A stretch of DNA of 64,000 bases from positions 31,414 through 95,413 of the forward strand of contig CAZLER010000002.1 of the NCBI GenBank assembly GCA_964558595.1, written 5' to 3'. The notes under the pieces are model-generated. The model did no database searches, was not told the origin of the DNA, and saw only the letters and a list, made by a program, of their open reading frames with translations. Position 1 is the stretch's first letter; the number at the start of each line of letters is the position of its first letter. Origin of the DNA: an uncultured Thermotogae bacterium (lineage in GTDB: Bacteria; Bipolaricaulota; Bipolaricaulia; UBA7950; UBA9294). Made by a program: the position numbers and the translations under genes. Shown in pieces: positions 36,727 to 45,340 of the stretch.

Positions 36727-39102
36727 ATGAAAGCGAAGACCTGGACCCTCGGAACGGTGCTCCTGTCCGTGCTTGTGCTCGCTGCTGTCCTCGGATCGGC
36801 ACAGGCGCCGGTCGCCCCGATGGGGATCATCGCCACACCGCCGGACAGCGAGCTCGATGTGCGGATTTGGGTAGACAAGGGCGCTTACGCCATCGGCGAA
36901 GCGATCACCATCAACTACAGCGTCAACAAACCGGCGTACGTCTACATCTGGGATATCCAGCCGGACGGCGTCGCCAACCAGCTGTTCCCGTACCCCTCGT
37001 CGGGGTCGCCGAACAACTTCGTCCAGGCGGGCGACCATACCCTCGCCCCGCCCCCGGGTAGTAGCGGATGGGTCGTCGCGCCGCCAACCGGAACCGAGTA
37101 CCTACAGATCCTGGCGACCACCAGTCCGGTGCAGCCGTTCGCCTACATGACCCCCGACCCGCAGGCGTTCCAACAGAGCATCGAGGCCCAGATCCTGGGC
37201 GTCCTCCCGGCCGATCAGCGGAGCTGGGGGTTCACCAGCTTTGAGATCGTCTCCGAGAGCCCGCCGACGTACGGCCGGGTGACCGTCAACTCGACGCCGG
37301 GCGGCGCGTTGATCCGTATCGACGGCGAGTACGCCGGCTACACGCCGCGAACGATGTTCGTCGAGGAGGGGTTCCATCGGTTCTCGGTGTCCAAATCCGG
37401 ATACCAGGAGTGGAATGCCGCCGTCTTCGTGATCGGCGGTTTGACGCGAACGATCCATGTCGATCTCCAATCGCTGGCCCCGTCGAACACCCCGCCAACG
37501 GCGCTGTTCAGCGCCTCGCCGTCCACTCCCGCCGTGGGGGAATGGGTGCAGTTCGACGCTTCGGGCTCGGTCGATCCGGACGGGACCATCGCCACCTACT
37601 CGTGGGATTTCGGCAACGGCTCGACCGCATCCGGAAGCTCGGCGTGGCAGCGGTTCACGTCCGCCGGGTCGTACACGGTGACGCTCATCGTCACCGACGA
37701 TGACGGGGCCTCCGACAGCGTGTCACAAACCCTCCGGGTCGGACCGACGAACCAACCACCGACGGCTTCCTTCACCTTCTCCCCGAACAACCCCGACGTC
37801 AACGCGTGGGTCCAGTTCGACGGTTCGGGCTCCTCCGATGCCGACGGGTCCATCGTATCGACCTCGTGGGATTTCGGCGACGGCTCCAGCGACACCGGCC
37901 AGGTCGCCTGGCACCGGTTCTCGTCGTCCGGCACCTACGTGGTCACGCTGACGGTGCGCGACGACGACGGGGCCACCAATTCGACGACTCGCACGGTCCA
38001 GGTGGGCAGCTCCAACCGCCCCCCGACGGCCGCCTTCACGCTGTCGCCGAGCAGCCCGAACGCTTCGGAATGGGTCCGGTTCGACGGGACCGGATCCAGC
38101 GACCCGGACGGGTCGATCGAAAGCTATAGCTGGTCGTTCGATGACGGGACCGCTCCGGTGAGCGGCGATGTCGCCTACCATCGCTTCCCGTCGCCGGGCA
38201 GCTACCTGGTCACGTTGACCGTCCGCGACGACGAGGGGGCTTCCGATTCGACCTCGCGGACGGTGCAGATCGGAGGCGGCGGCCAGCCGCCGGTGGCGGC
38301 GTTCACCTTCTCGCCGCAGGCGCCGGTGGTCGGCCAGGCGATCGGGCTGAATGCGCAGTCGTCGTACGATCCGGACGGTAGCGTCGTCTCCTACCTGTGG
38401 GATCTCGACGGCGACGGATCGAACGATATGACCGGCGCGGTCGGCCAGGTGACCTACCAGAACACCGGGACCGTCTCGGTCCGGCTGACCGTCGTCGACA
38501 ACGACGGCCTCTCCTCGTCCACGACCCGCACGATCACCGTCTCCGGCGGAGGCGCCACCCCTGGCGGTCGACCGCCGATGGGGACGACCGCGGGCTTCTT
38601 CGTCTGGGGATCGGACCGTTGGCACGTGACCGTCAACGCCGGAGCGGGATGGAGCATTCCTCACGACTACCGGATTGAGCTGCGGACTGACGGGACGTTC
38701 CAGGAGGTCAACCAGACCAGCGACACGGGGTCCGGTTCGGCGGCCCCGATGGGGATCGTGCCCACGCCGACCCAGAGCGGCAAGACGCTGATCTACGAGG
38801 GATCGCTTCAGACCGGGAGCATCGATCACAACTTCCGGATCCCCGATTCGGAGAGCATGTGGCTTCAGCTGCAGCTGGATCTCGACGGGGACGGTCGCCT
38901 GGAGACCTCGACCGGGTTCGTGTACCTCCGCTCGACGCGGGTGAACCCGCCGACCTCTCCGTTCGTCGTCGGCCTGCCCAGCGGCAGCACCGCCGAGCTG
39001 ACGCCGAGTCTGAACTTCCGGATCGGCAACGCCATCAGCTACACGGCGACCACCCGGTTCGTCTATTGGACGACCACCATCTCCAACCTCGAGAACCGCT
39101 AA
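36727..39102 (+). CDS. Secreted DUF4384-like + PEGA + 4x PKD surface protein
   Basis: SD GGGAGG, signal peptide; YAIGE.I...YSVNKPAYVYI; VNSTPGGA.I.IDG (PEGA); four P.A.F...FD.SGS.DPDG....WDF.DG repeats (~37486-38543). Confidence 0.88.
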   Translation: MKAKTWTLGTVLLSVLVLAAVLGSAQAPVAPMGIIATPPDSELDVRIWVDKGAYAIGEAITINYSVNKPAYVYIWDIQPDGVANQLFPYPSSGSPNNFVQAGDHTLAPPPGSSGWVVAPPTGTEYLQILATTSPVQPFAYMTPDPQAFQQSIEAQILGVLPADQRSWGFTSFEIVSESPPTYGRVTVNSTPGGALIRIDGEYAGYTPRTMFVEEGFHRFSVSKSGYQEWNAAVFVIGGLTRTIHVDLQSLAPSNTPPTALFSASPSTPAVGEWVQFDASGSVDPDGTIATYSWDFGNGSTASGSSAWQRFTSAGSYTVTLIVTDDDGASDSVSQTLRVGPTNQPPTASFTFSPNNPDVNAWVQFDGSGSSDADGSIVSTSWDFGDGSSDTGQVAWHRFSSSGTYVVTLTVRDDDGATNSTTRTVQVGSSNRPPTAAFTLSPSSPNASEWVRFDGTGSSDPDGSIESYSWSFDDGTAPVSGDVAYHRFPSPGSYLVTLTVRDDEGASDSTSRTVQIGGGGQPPVAAFTFSPQAPVVGQAIGLNAQSSYDPDGSVVSYLWDLDGDGSNDMTGAVGQVTYQNTGTVSVRLTVVDNDGLSSSTTRTITVSGGGATPGGRPPMGTTAGFFVWGSDRWHVTVNAGAGWSIPHDYRIELRTDGTFQEVNQTSDTGSGSAAPMGIVPTPTQSGKTLIYEGSLQTGSIDHNFRIPDSESMWLQLQLDLDGDGRLETSTGFVYLRSTRVNPPTSPFVVGLPSGSTAELTPSLNFRIGNAISYTATTRFVYWTTTISNLENR

Positions 39103-39116
39103 GCCACAGTGCCGAA

Positions 39117-39146
39117 GGAGGGACCGCGATGCGGTCCCTCCCTCTC
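39117..39146 (+). terminator. Hairpin / terminator after the PKD protein
   Basis: GGAGGGACCGC-GAT-GCGGTCCCTCC, weak T tail. Confidence 0.55.
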
Positions 39147-39194
39147 GGCGTCGGGTTGTTCATCGATCCAGGGCAACGGTAAGATCTCCCCGCC

Positions 39195-40532
39195 ATGGGA
39201 TACCGCCTGTTGTCTGTCGATTGGCGTCTCGATCATCCGGAGATCGAACGAGAGGGGTTCTTCGGGCGTCCGTCCCTGTCCGGCTACGATGGGGTGTTCC
39301 TCGACCCGCAGCCGATCTCCCACCGATGGATCGACGAGATCGCGCCCGGCGGCGACGGTGTCCGACGCACCGATCCCCTTCGGGATCGGGGGTTCGGTCG
39401 AACGATGCGCGCGTGGATGGCCCGACGGCGCGCCGAGGCGGAGGAGCTACTCCTCCAACGTGGCGGTGTGCTCGTCTGCCGGTTTCGCCCCCGAGGCGAT
39501 CCGCTGGAGCTCTCGCCCGTCGAGGAGCCCGTCGAGCGGGTCGACCGCTACAGCTGGCTGCCGACGGTCGCCCTCGTCGATCGCCATCACCAGTTCAGCT
39601 TCCCGGCCAATGGGCAGTTCCTTCCCCGACAGGGAACCGACATCGTCATCGAGGAAAGCGGCAGCCCGTTCGAGGGCTACCTCCGTCGCTTCACCGGTCG
39701 GCTCGCCTATGACGCAGTGTACCGCGACCTGCTCTCCACACCGATCGAGCGGTTCGCCACCGTGCTCGCCCGCAACCGGGTCGGCGATGCCGTGGCCTTG
39801 GAGATCCCGTTTGAGGAGGGCCGGCTGATCCTCCTCCCGTCGGCGATCGATGTCGCTCCCGCCGACGAGGGGATCGCGCTGTTCGAGGCGCTCACGTCGT
39901 TCGCTGCGCGTCCTGCCTTCGCCGCCGAGCCCGATTGGCTGCCCGGCTACGCCGTTTCCGGCGAGGCGAACCTCGTGGACGAGCTGGCCGGCCTTCGTGA
40001 GCGTCATGCCGCCCTGTCCGCCAAGATCGACGAGACCGCGGGGAAGCTCCGCGTGCTGACCCGCGGCAAGCGGTTGTTGTACACCAAAGGACGGTTCTCC
40101 CTCCTCCCCGCCGCCGCCGAGGGGTTTCGGGAGCTCGGCTTCGACGTGGAGTTCACCGACGAGCTGCTGATACTGCGCTCCGAGGAGGGGGATGCGATGG
40201 TGGTGGTCGCGGCCACCGATCGGAAGGCTGTCGGCCTGTCGCCGTATCGACGTCTGTTGCGCGCCGTTGACCGTTCGATCACCGAAGGTGACGGTACACG
40301 CAAGGGGATCCTCGTCGTCAGCGGGGCACGCCAGCTCGACCCGAAGCGGCGCCCGACCCAGTTCCTTCCCGAGGTGCTTCGCGGCTGCCAGGCCCACGGC
40401 TTCTGCCTGATGACCACCTACCAGCTCTTCAAGCTCATGCAACAGGCGCGCACCGCCGGAGGCGACGCCGCCGCGCTCCGCCGTCGGCTACTAGAAGCCG
40501 ACGGGGAGCTGCGGCAGGCGGATGGCGCGTGA
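39195..40532 (+). CDS. Hypothetical protein with a central coiled coil and a possible degenerate PD-(D/E)xK-like C-terminal domain
   Basis: 445-aa open frame with normal amino-acid composition, coupled to mraY; fold call is by pattern only. Confidence 0.7.
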   Translation: MGYRLLSVDWRLDHPEIEREGFFGRPSLSGYDGVFLDPQPISHRWIDEIAPGGDGVRRTDPLRDRGFGRTMRAWMARRRAEAEELLLQRGGVLVCRFRPRGDPLELSPVEEPVERVDRYSWLPTVALVDRHHQFSFPANGQFLPRQGTDIVIEESGSPFEGYLRRFTGRLAYDAVYRDLLSTPIERFATVLARNRVGDAVALEIPFEEGRLILLPSAIDVAPADEGIALFEALTSFAARPAFAAEPDWLPGYAVSGEANLVDELAGLRERHAALSAKIDETAGKLRVLTRGKRLLYTKGRFSLLPAAAEGFRELGFDVEFTDELLILRSEEGDAMVVVAATDRKAVGLSPYRRLLRAVDRSITEGDGTRKGILVVSGARQLDPKRRPTQFLPEVLRGCQAHGFCLMTTYQLFKLMQQARTAGGDAAALRRRLLEADGELRQADGA

Positions 40533-41521
40533 CCGCGACGATCGCCACCGCTATCGCCCTGATCCCCCTCACTGCCTGGGGATGCACCGCGTTGGCACGT
40601 TCGATGCGCCGCCGCGCGATCGCCCAACCGATTCGCCAAGCCGGCCCGCACGGCCATACCCGCAAGGCGGGGACCCCGACGATGGGCGGGGTGATCGTGG
40701 TCGGCGGCTGGGCGATCGCCGTGGGGCTGTCGGCCGGACGCATCCTCGAAGCGCGATCGGTGGGGTTCGTGCTAGCGGCCACCGGGCTGCATGCCCTGAT
40801 CGGCCTGATCGACGACCTACGCGCGGTGCACCGACGACGATCACTCGGCCTGACCGCCCCGATCAAGCTGTTGCTGGGGATCGCCGCGGCGGTGGCGTTG
40901 TTCTTCCTGTTCTACGACGTGGTCGCCGTACCCCAACGGATCCCCTTTTCCTCCGCCACGATCGAGCTGCCGCCGATCGCCACGCTCGCACTGGTCGGGT
41001 TCACGTTGCTGGCGACCACCAACAGCGTCAACCTGGCCGACGGGCTCGACGGACTCGCCGGGGGGCTGACAGTGCTTCTTCTTGCCGGATTGCTCGCGCT
41101 GTCGCCGACCTCACAGCAGGTGGCGTGGGGGGCTCCGATGCTCGGAGCCCTGATGGGGTTTCTGTGGGTCAATGCCCATCCCGCGACGATCTTCCTCGGC
41201 GATGTCGGGGCGTTCGGGCTGGGAGGGATGGTCGCCGCCGCCGCGCTATCCACCGGAACCGCCCTCTTCCTACCATTGCTCGCCGGCGTCCTCGTCCTCG
41301 AAGCGGGCTCGGTCCTCGTCCAGATCACCGCGTTCCGGCTGTTCCGGCGCCGGGTGTTCAAGATGAGCCCGCTGCATCATCACTTCGAAGCCGGGAGCCG
41401 CGCCGCGACCCCGCCGATGATCAGGGGGTTCGCCTGGCCGGAGCCGACGGTGGTCGTTCGGTTCTGGATTGTAGAGGCGTTGTTCGTCGGGCTCGCCGTG
41501 TGGTCTGGCTACGCGGGATGA
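40529..41521 (+). CDS. mraY: Phospho-N-acetylmuramoyl-pentapeptide transferase
   Basis: K.GTPTMGG, GLIDD, NSVNLADGLDGLA, IFLGDVG, MSPLHHHFE. Confidence 0.95.
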   Translation: MTATIATAIALIPLTAWGCTALARSMRRRAIAQPIRQAGPHGHTRKAGTPTMGGVIVVGGWAIAVGLSAGRILEARSVGFVLAATGLHALIGLIDDLRAVHRRRSLGLTAPIKLLLGIAAAVALFFLFYDVVAVPQRIPFSSATIELPPIATLALVGFTLLATTNSVNLADGLDGLAGGLTVLLLAGLLALSPTSQQVAWGAPMLGALMGFLWVNAHPATIFLGDVGAFGLGGMVAAAALSTGTALFLPLLAGVLVLEAGSVLVQITAFRLFRRRVFKMSPLHHHFEAGSRAATPPMIRGFAWPEPTVVVRFWIVEALFVGLAVWSGYAG

Positions 41522-41543
41522 TCGGAAGCTGTCGGGAAAGCTG

Positions 41544-41629
<86 letters not shown>

Positions 41630-41640
41630 GTTGGCAACGA

Positions 41641-41669
41641 AGTGTAGATGGGGTCATGCGGGCTGTCAA
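41641..41669 (-). promoter_or_regulatory. tRNA-Leu promoter
   Basis: Minus strand TTGACA-17 nt-TACACT, 11 nt before the tRNA 5' end. Confidence 0.8.
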
Positions 41670-41750
41670 GCCGTTTCCGCCCCCGCTGACCCCGAGGCCC
41701 GGATCGGCGAGACGTCCGGCGTCGACGGAGACAGGGGGCTTGGCGGTGGA

Positions 41751-41766
41751 TGTGATATCGATTACA
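41751..41766. promoter_or_regulatory. CRP-box-like palindrome upstream of the Crp/Fnr gene
   Basis: TGTGA-TATCGA-TTACA, one mismatch to TGTGA-N6-TCACA. Confidence 0.55.
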
Positions 41767-41867
41767 ATGCTGGACGTCTGACCCTGCTCGATGGGTGACC
41801 CGAGGACAAGGCCAAGGGGGACAAGCGTAACGAGCTTCGCGCCGGACAACCGCCAGAGGGGGGTGGC

Positions 41868-42542
41868 ATGGTCGATCTCAAGGAATTCCGCATCTTCTCC
41901 GACCTGAAGGACAAGGAGCTGGACAAGCTCAGGGAAGCGATACGAACGATCAACTACGGCCGAGGCGAGATCATCTTCCAGGAGGGAGCCCCCGCGTTCG
42001 GCTTCTACCTGATCTTCGAGGGGATGGTCAAGCTCGTGAAGCGCAGCATGCGCGCCAAGAGCCAGATCCTCAAGATCGCCGGTCCGGGGGAGATCCTCGG
42101 AGAGACGACGCTGTTCGACAAGGGGAGTCACAACGCATATGCGAAGACGATCGACACCGTCGCCGTGGGATTCCTCGAGCGCGGCGACTTCTTCTACTTC
42201 CTCGAGCGTCACCCCAAGACGATCTTCCGGCTGTATGAGAAGCTGTCCGAGGAGCTGAAGGCATTCCAGAACAAGCTTGCCGAACGATCGTATTCCTCGA
42301 GCAAGGAGCGGCTGGCACGGCTGATCCTCCATCTCGGCCGCAGCGGGGTCGAGCTCTCCCGCGCGGAGCTGGCGGAAATGGCCGGCGTTTCGTCCAAGAC
42401 CGCGATCCGCACGCTCAGCGAGCTGGAAAGCCGGGGGATCATCGCCATCGAAAGCCGCAAGATCAAAATCCTCCGTGAATCGTATCTGCAGAAGATCGTG
42501 GAACCGTTCCTGGCCAACCTCGATCCGAACCTGATCATCTAG
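41868..42542 (+). CDS. Crp/Fnr family transcriptional regulator
   Basis: IFQEG.PA.GFY.I.EG.VK, GPGEILGE, HTH SRAELAEMAGVS..TA.R.L. Confidence 0.93.
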   Translation: MVDLKEFRIFSDLKDKELDKLREAIRTINYGRGEIIFQEGAPAFGFYLIFEGMVKLVKRSMRAKSQILKIAGPGEILGETTLFDKGSHNAYAKTIDTVAVGFLERGDFFYFLERHPKTIFRLYEKLSEELKAFQNKLAERSYSSSKERLARLILHLGRSGVELSRAELAEMAGVSSKTAIRTLSELESRGIIAIESRKIKILRESYLQKIVEPFLANLDPNLII

Positions 42543-42679
42543 CGTCCATCGCCGCCGCGGAAGAAGGTCCTCCCGCGGGGTGACCGGTGTCCTTCGAAAC
42601 GGGGCTCCCCGTCCGTAGTCTGTCATAAGGCAGGCGTCTTCATCGACACGCTCTCGAGGGCTCCAAGGATGGTTGGCCA

Positions 42680-44533
42680 TTGGCGAATGGGCTGAATCCG
42701 ACGGAACGGACGATCCTTGTCGGCGTTTCGTCGGTCGTTGCTCTCGTGATCAGCATCGTCCTGCACCGGACCGGCGTTCCCCCCGTGCCGTTGACGTTTC
42801 TGGTGTATGCAGCGTTCGCTTTTCCGCTGGGGTTCGGTGCCCAGGCACTGCGTCGCCGGGGGGGCACCGTCCTCGCGATCGGGCTGTCGGCGATCGGGGT
42901 CGGTCTGTTGCTGTTCTTCGGCATCCGGTCGCCGATATCGATCGCCTTATTGCCCGTCGTCTACCTGGCGATCGGGTTCGGGCTGGGATGGCACAGCGAG
43001 CGGCAACAGGCGCGCCGCGATCGCTGGCATCCACCACGGGCGCTCAAGGACCGACAGGATGAGGAGATCTTCGAGCCCGCGTTCAACATCCTCCACTTCG
43101 TCGATCGCGAGGGGACGGTGAAGCGGCGCAACGAGGCCTCGCGGGCGTCGATCGGCCATGCCACCCGCCAGACCCTTCCTCTGACCGAGTACATCCATCC
43201 AGGGGAGATCGGCAAGGTCAAAGCCGAGCTCATCCGTCTGTTCGACCGCGGCGAAATCCGAGGGATCGAGACCCGGTTCGTCGCCGAGGACCGAACCACC
43301 TTCCCGGTGGAGATCCGGGGCACCCGGCTCGATGACCGCACGGCGGTGATCGAGGCCCGGAACCGCTCGCGGGAGGCGGAGCTCGAGCGGCAGCTCATGG
43401 AGACCGAGGCACGCTACCGAAGGCTCATCGAGGAGGCGGTCGACACCCTCGATTCGGGGATCATCATCACCGATCGGAAGCGTGAGGTGATCTGGGCGAA
43501 CGCCACCATCGGCCGGTTCTTCGGGATCGATCGCGACCGGTTGATCGGCGTCGATGCGAAGCGCGCCCTGTCCCGCTACGTCGGCGCGTTCGAGGACGCA
43601 CAGGCGCTCGCCAAGGTGATCGAAGGCGCCGTCGACAAGGGCGAACGGATCGATTCGATCACCTGTCGGGTCCGCCCGACGCTCGGCCGCGAAGAACGCG
43701 TGCTGGAGTACCGCTCGATCCCGATCGAGACCGACCGCTACAAGGGCGGGCGGATCGACCACTACATCGATATCACGGAGCTGAAGCGGCTGGAGGATCG
43801 CCTCCGCGACAAGTCGGAGAACCTCGAGCGCAGCAACGAGAAGCTCGAGGAGTTCTCTCACGTCGTGTCGCACGACCTCAAGGAGCCACTGCGCACCGTC
43901 GAGACGTTCAGCGGCTTCATGCTCGAGGACTACGAGGACCGCCTCGACGAGGAGGGCGTCGAATACCTCCACACCCTACGGCGGACGTCATCGAGGATGC
44001 GGCAACTGATCAACGACCTGCTTTCGCTGTCGAGCATCCACATGGACACCAAGTCGTTCGAGCGGATCAACACCCAGCGGCTGCTCGATGAGATCCGGGA
44101 GGATCTCGAGGTCAGGCTGCGCGGCGTCAACCTCCAGATCTCCGACGGACTTCCCCCGGTCAAGGGGAGCAAAGTGAGGATCACGGAGCTGTTCAGCAAC
44201 CTGATCACCAACGCCATCAAGTACAATGACAAGGCGCTTCCGACCGTATGCATCGGCTGGAAGCCCCATGATCCCTCCACCAACGGGATGGCGACGTTCT
44301 TCGTGGAGGACAACGGTATCGGCATCGAGTCCCGCTACCAGCAACGGATCTTCGGCATCTTCCAGAAGCTCCATCCACGGGATGATTACGAAGGGACGGG
44401 AGCCGGCCTCGCGATCTGCAAGCGGATCGTCGAGGAGCACGGCGGGAGGATCTGGGTCCATTCGGAAGTTGGCAAAGGGAGCACGTTCTTCTTTACCATT
44501 CCGAGAGCAAGAGAGGTGGAAACCCATGCATAG
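42680..44533 (+). CDS. Membrane PAS-PAS sensor histidine kinase
   Basis: N-terminal TM segments, two PAS-like regions, SHDLKEPLR (H box), NLITNAIKY, DNGIGI, GTGAGLAICKRIVEEHGG. Confidence 0.92.
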   Translation: MANGLNPTERTILVGVSSVVALVISIVLHRTGVPPVPLTFLVYAAFAFPLGFGAQALRRRGGTVLAIGLSAIGVGLLLFFGIRSPISIALLPVVYLAIGFGLGWHSERQQARRDRWHPPRALKDRQDEEIFEPAFNILHFVDREGTVKRRNEASRASIGHATRQTLPLTEYIHPGEIGKVKAELIRLFDRGEIRGIETRFVAEDRTTFPVEIRGTRLDDRTAVIEARNRSREAELERQLMETEARYRRLIEEAVDTLDSGIIITDRKREVIWANATIGRFFGIDRDRLIGVDAKRALSRYVGAFEDAQALAKVIEGAVDKGERIDSITCRVRPTLGREERVLEYRSIPIETDRYKGGRIDHYIDITELKRLEDRLRDKSENLERSNEKLEEFSHVVSHDLKEPLRTVETFSGFMLEDYEDRLDEEGVEYLHTLRRTSSRMRQLINDLLSLSSIHMDTKSFERINTQRLLDEIREDLEVRLRGVNLQISDGLPPVKGSKVRITELFSNLITNAIKYNDKALPTVCIGWKPHDPSTNGMATFFVEDNGIGIESRYQQRIFGIFQKLHPRDDYEGTGAGLAICKRIVEEHGGRIWVHSEVGKGSTFFFTIPRAREVETHA

Positions 44534-44960
44534 CCTCGAGAAGATGAAGGTCCTCGTGGTCGAGGACAACCCCAACGACGTCACGATCATCAAGCGCGCC
44601 ATGCGCAAGAGCGACGTCAAGTGCGAGCTGTACTTCGCCCGCGACGGCGAGGAAGCACTCGACGCGTTGGCGCAGAAGGGCGAGTTCGAAGACATTCCCC
44701 GTCCCGACCTCATCCTGCTGGACATCAACCTTCCCAAGATCAACGGGTTGGAGGTGCTCGCCAAGATCAAGGAGGACGAGCGCCTGCGACGGATCCCGGT
44801 GATCGTCCTGACGATCTCCGAGCGGGAGGAGGATATGGTCAAAGCCTACGACAGCGGCGCCGCCAGCTACATGACGAAGCCCGTCGACTCCAAGGACTTC
44901 GAGCGCCTGATCCAAACGGTTCAGGACTACTGGAAGATCGCCCGGATCGCCCCCGAGTAG
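44526..44960 (+). CDS. Single-domain response regulator (Rcp1-like)
   Basis: LVVEDN, PDLILLDINLPK..G.EVL, IPVIVLT, GA.SYMTKP. Confidence 0.95.
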   Translation: MHSLEKMKVLVVEDNPNDVTIIKRAMRKSDVKCELYFARDGEEALDALAQKGEFEDIPRPDLILLDINLPKINGLEVLAKIKEDERLRRIPVIVLTISEREEDMVKAYDSGAASYMTKPVDSKDFERLIQTVQDYWKIARIAPE

Positions 44961-45157
44961 CCGGCGACGACACGCGTCCCCTGCCTTGGGAAGATCGGCG
45001 CCTCCCCCGCGGGGCGAACGGGCGATGGCGAGGTCGCAGCCTCCACGGCGGATCCGCGGCGCCCGGCATACCCTCTCGGAGCTTTGGACAAGAAGCGTGA
45101 GAGGTGTGTGCGAAGGGAGAGGGAATCGATCGTGGCGCTCGAGGCGAACGCCTCCAT
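44927..45157 (-). CDS. Possible small ORF (76 aa) with a perfect SD
   Basis: TAAGGAGGT-acg-ATG; no recognisable domain; 3' end overlaps the response regulator. Confidence 0.25.
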   Translation of the reverse strand: MEAFASSATIDSLSLRTHLSRFLSKAPRGYAGRRGSAVEAATSPSPVRPAGEAPIFPRQGTRVVAGYSGAIRAIFQ

Positions 45158-45340
45158 CGTACCTCCTTACCAACTTCCGCACCGCGCCGAAGAGCGAGCG
45201 CGGTGATCCCCTCCGAGAGCACAGAGCCCTCTGAACCGATGGCTGTCGCCCCGGCAGCAGACAAGGCGAGGCGCAGCCCACGGTTCTACCCCGGGGAAGG
45301 CGGGCGCAGCAGCTCCGCCTTCCCACCCCCTTGGGGGCGT

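Noticed and set aside
37486-38543. Periodic repeats that might be a CRISPR array or DNA tandem repeat
   Set aside because: They are diverged in-frame PKD domain repeats; no CRISPR-like array was seen anywhere in the window
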